A stretch of 38,561 nucleotides of DNA, from positions 1 to 38,561 of the forward strand of contig DASYJJ010000093.1 in NCBI GenBank assembly GCA_035996605.1. The letters run 5' to 3'. Made by a program: the position numbers and the translations under genes. Of this stretch, positions 36,314 through 38,561 are shown one piece after another. The notes under the pieces were generated by a model. That model made no database searches, was not told the DNA's origin, and saw only the letters and a list, made by a program, of their open reading frames with translations. The stretch is from Rhodanobacteraceae bacterium (GTDB taxonomy: Bacteria > Pseudomonadota > Gammaproteobacteria > Xanthomonadales > Rhodanobacteraceae). How positions within the stretch are numbered: the stretch's first letter is position 1; each line of letters opens with the position of its first letter.

Positions 36314-37180
36314 ATGACAGAACTCAAAGTCGCCTTCGCCGGCCTTGGCGCGATGGGCCAACCGATGGCAGAACATCTCGCGCGCGCGGCCCTTCTCGCG
36401 GCAGTCTGGAACCGCAGCCACGCCAAGGCCGATGCAGTGGCGCGCGAGCTCGGCGTGGAAGCGCCGGCGACGCTCGGCGAATTCGCGCGCGCGAGCGACG
36501 TGATCGCGCTGTGCGTGCCCGCGGATGCAGACGTGCTCGCGCTCGCGCGCGAGATCGCCGCGCACGCGCGCGCAGGAACGATCGTCATCGACCATTCGAC
36601 GGTCTCTTCGGTGACAGCGCGCGAAGCCGCAGCGCTCCTCGCCGCGCACGGCTGCGCGTTCCTCGATGCGCCGGTTTCGGGCGGCGTCGAAGGCGCGAAG
36701 AATGGCAAGCTATCGATCATGGTCGGCGGCGATGCCGAGGTGCTCGTCCGCGTGCGTCCCGTGCTCGACTGCTATGCGGCACGCATCAGCCACATGGGCG
36801 ATGTCGGCGCCGGACAGAACACGAAAGCGGTCAACCAGGTGCTGGTCGCCGGTATCGCGCAAGCCGTGTGCGAAGGGCTGGCGTTGTCCGAAAAGCTCGG
36901 CCTCGATGCGGAACGCCTGCTGCCGACACTCCTCGCGGGCGCGGCGAGCAATTGGTTTCTCGACAAACGCGGCGCAACAATGCTGCGCGACGAATTCAGC
37001 GTCGGCTTCAAACTCGCGCTGCTGCACAAGGATCTCAAGATCGTGCGCGAGCTCGCGCTCGCTGCGGGAACCGATCGCTCCGTCATCGAGAAATCACTCG
37101 CCGACTACGCGGTGCTGCTGGCGCGTGGCTACGGTGACGAAGATATTTCTGCGCTGATTCGGCTGAAACGCGAAGGGTGA
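36314..37180 (+). CDS. Beta-hydroxyacid (3-hydroxyisobutyrate family) dehydrogenase
   Basis: GLGAMG, FLDAPVSGG, TKAVNQ, F..KDL. Confidence 0.92.
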   Translation: MTELKVAFAGLGAMGQPMAEHLARAALLAAVWNRSHAKADAVARELGVEAPATLGEFARASDVIALCVPADADVLALAREIAAHARAGTIVIDHSTVSSVTAREAAALLAAHGCAFLDAPVSGGVEGAKNGKLSIMVGGDAEVLVRVRPVLDCYAARISHMGDVGAGQNTKAVNQVLVAGIAQAVCEGLALSEKLGLDAERLLPTLLAGAASNWFLDKRGATMLRDEFSVGFKLALLHKDLKIVRELALAAGTDRSVIEKSLADYAVLLARGYGDEDISALIRLKREG

Positions 37181-37396
37181 AAAAACCGGCCGACTACCGA
37201 CTTCGCCGATTCGGCGTTCGGAAGAGACGCCGCCACCATGATGAACGCGGATTGCGGGCATAGCTCTTATTCCGTCTCTCCTTGTCCGCTTTCCTCTCCA
37301 ATCACGTAACAACTCTCGCACATGGAACCTATGGCTCGTTCTAGCGCTGGTCAATGCCGGCGGCGAGGACGTAGGTAGAGAACCGGAGCGAAGAGA

Positions 37397-38561
37397 ATGA
37401 ACGGACTTGAGAGAGCGCGGCGTATTCGCGAAGACGCTGCGCACGCTGGCGTTTTAAGAAGACACCTATCCACGCGCGCCAGACAGCTCGCGCTTTGCCT
37501 TTCTGCCGCACTGCTGTCGCCCATCGCGGCGCGTCCGGCGCCGGCAGCTTCGCCGATGGCGCTGCCGCAGTATTTGCGCGCCGGGCATGTCGGATCCGTG
37601 GCGGGACAGATGCCCTCGCATCCAGACACGCCGCAGACATGGGTTGTGCAGAACTGCGACGACAACGGCGATGGGTCGCTTCGCGACATCATCGAGAATC
37701 CTGCCAAGGCCAAAACGGGCGATTTCGTCGATCTCAGCCTGCTTCCGGCTCAATGCGGCACCATCAATAGCCGAATCACGTTGACGAGTGGCCAGATCGT
37801 CGTTGCTCAAGACGACCTGACGCTGCAAGGACCCGACGCGGTTGATGGAACCGTGGTGATCTCCGGAGGGAACCTGTCTCGGGTTTTCGATCACCACGGG
37901 ACCGGAACACTTGCTCTGACCACATTGACAGTCGCCTCCGGCTACTACGAGGCTGCCGGGAATGTTTACGGCGGATGCATCCATAGTTTGGGCAGCGTCT
38001 ATCTGGATATGGCAGTCGTTAGCGGTTGCACCGCATCCAGCGACGCGGGCTACGCATTCGGCGGCGGAATGTACGTGGCGAATGCGGTGACGTTGGTTTC
38101 AAGCACCGTTTCTGGCAACAGGACAATTGCGCCTTCGGAACGGGGCGTCGGTGGCGGCATCGCGGCGGCGAGCCTAACGGCCACCTACAGTTCGATTAGC
38201 GGGAACGTAGCCGGCGATGGTGTCCTTGGCGGTTTCAGCGGTGGCGCATACATTCAGTCCAGCGTGTCCATGTTTGCATCAACCGTGGATCACAATACGG
38301 CTTCCAGTGCGAGCGCTTTCTTTTTCCGGCACGGAGGCATTTCCAACAGCACGATTTCAGGAAATGTTGCCCACCTGTCCGGCGCGGTGGAATCTTCTGG
38401 AGGCAACTCCGTCGTGATTGCGAACAGCACCATCGCGTTCAATCACGAGGCATTCGTCGAAGGTGCCGTATTTTTCAACGGTGCATCCGCGAACAGTGCG
38501 CTGGAGCTGCAAAGTTCGATCATCGCCAACAACACGGCAGGGGCAGCCAACACACCTTCGG
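37397..38561 (+). CDS. Secreted right-handed beta-helix repeat protein (3' end outside window)
   Basis: Not in ORF track. Hand translation is open: VVQNCDDNGDGSLRDII, GGCI, GGGM, GGGI, STVSGN, NSTISGN, NSTIAFN, SSIIANN; GGAG upstream. Confidence 0.85.
   Translation, partial: MNGLERARRIREDAAHAGVLRRHLSTRARQLALCLSAALLSPIAARPAPAASPMALPQYLRAGHVGSVAGQMPSHPDTPQTWVVQNCDDNGDGSLRDIIENPAKAKTGDFVDLSLLPAQCGTINSRITLTSGQIVVAQDDLTLQGPDAVDGTVVISGGNLSRVFDHHGTGTLALTTLTVASGYYEAAGNVYGGCIHSLGSVYLDMAVVSGCTASSDAGYAFGGGMYVANAVTLVSSTVSGNRTIAPSERGVGGGIAAASLTATYSSISGNVAGDGVLGGFSGGAYIQSSVSMFASTVDHNTASSASAFFFRHGGISNSTISGNVAHLSGAVESSGGNSVVIANSTIAFNHEAFVEGAVFFNGASANSALELQSSIIANNTAGAANTPS

Overview
High-GC chromosomal window whose gene content and repeats suggest Xanthomonadales, probably Rhodanobacteraceae (Dokdonella/Rudaea-like; inference). 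Left to right: a partial membrane Ser/Thr kinase; a divergent, translationally coupled operon of two paralogous WsfD/GT-C-like membrane proteins plus a degenerate nuclease-fold ORF; an incomplete xanthomonadin/aryl-polyene cluster (chorismatase, ACP, flavin halogenase, membrane protein, two dehydratases, acyltransferase, LolA-like carrier, MMPL exporter; no KS/CLF, ketoreductase or ligase); an isochorismatase-GlxA-cyclase operon; ntrBC with an NtrC box overlapping a probably leaderless promoter and a 12-codon bridging ORF; GNAT, methyltransferase, thiolase, a pilin remnant, an RDD protein; a ParA-EF-hand-SixA-YceI-PLD-YkvA run; two unknown secreted proteins; ggt, speE/speA, a dehydrogenase and a partial beta-helix surface protein. 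REP-like doublets occur, but no transposase, CRISPR, tRNA or rRNA was seen. All calls come from reading motifs by eye; no search was run.
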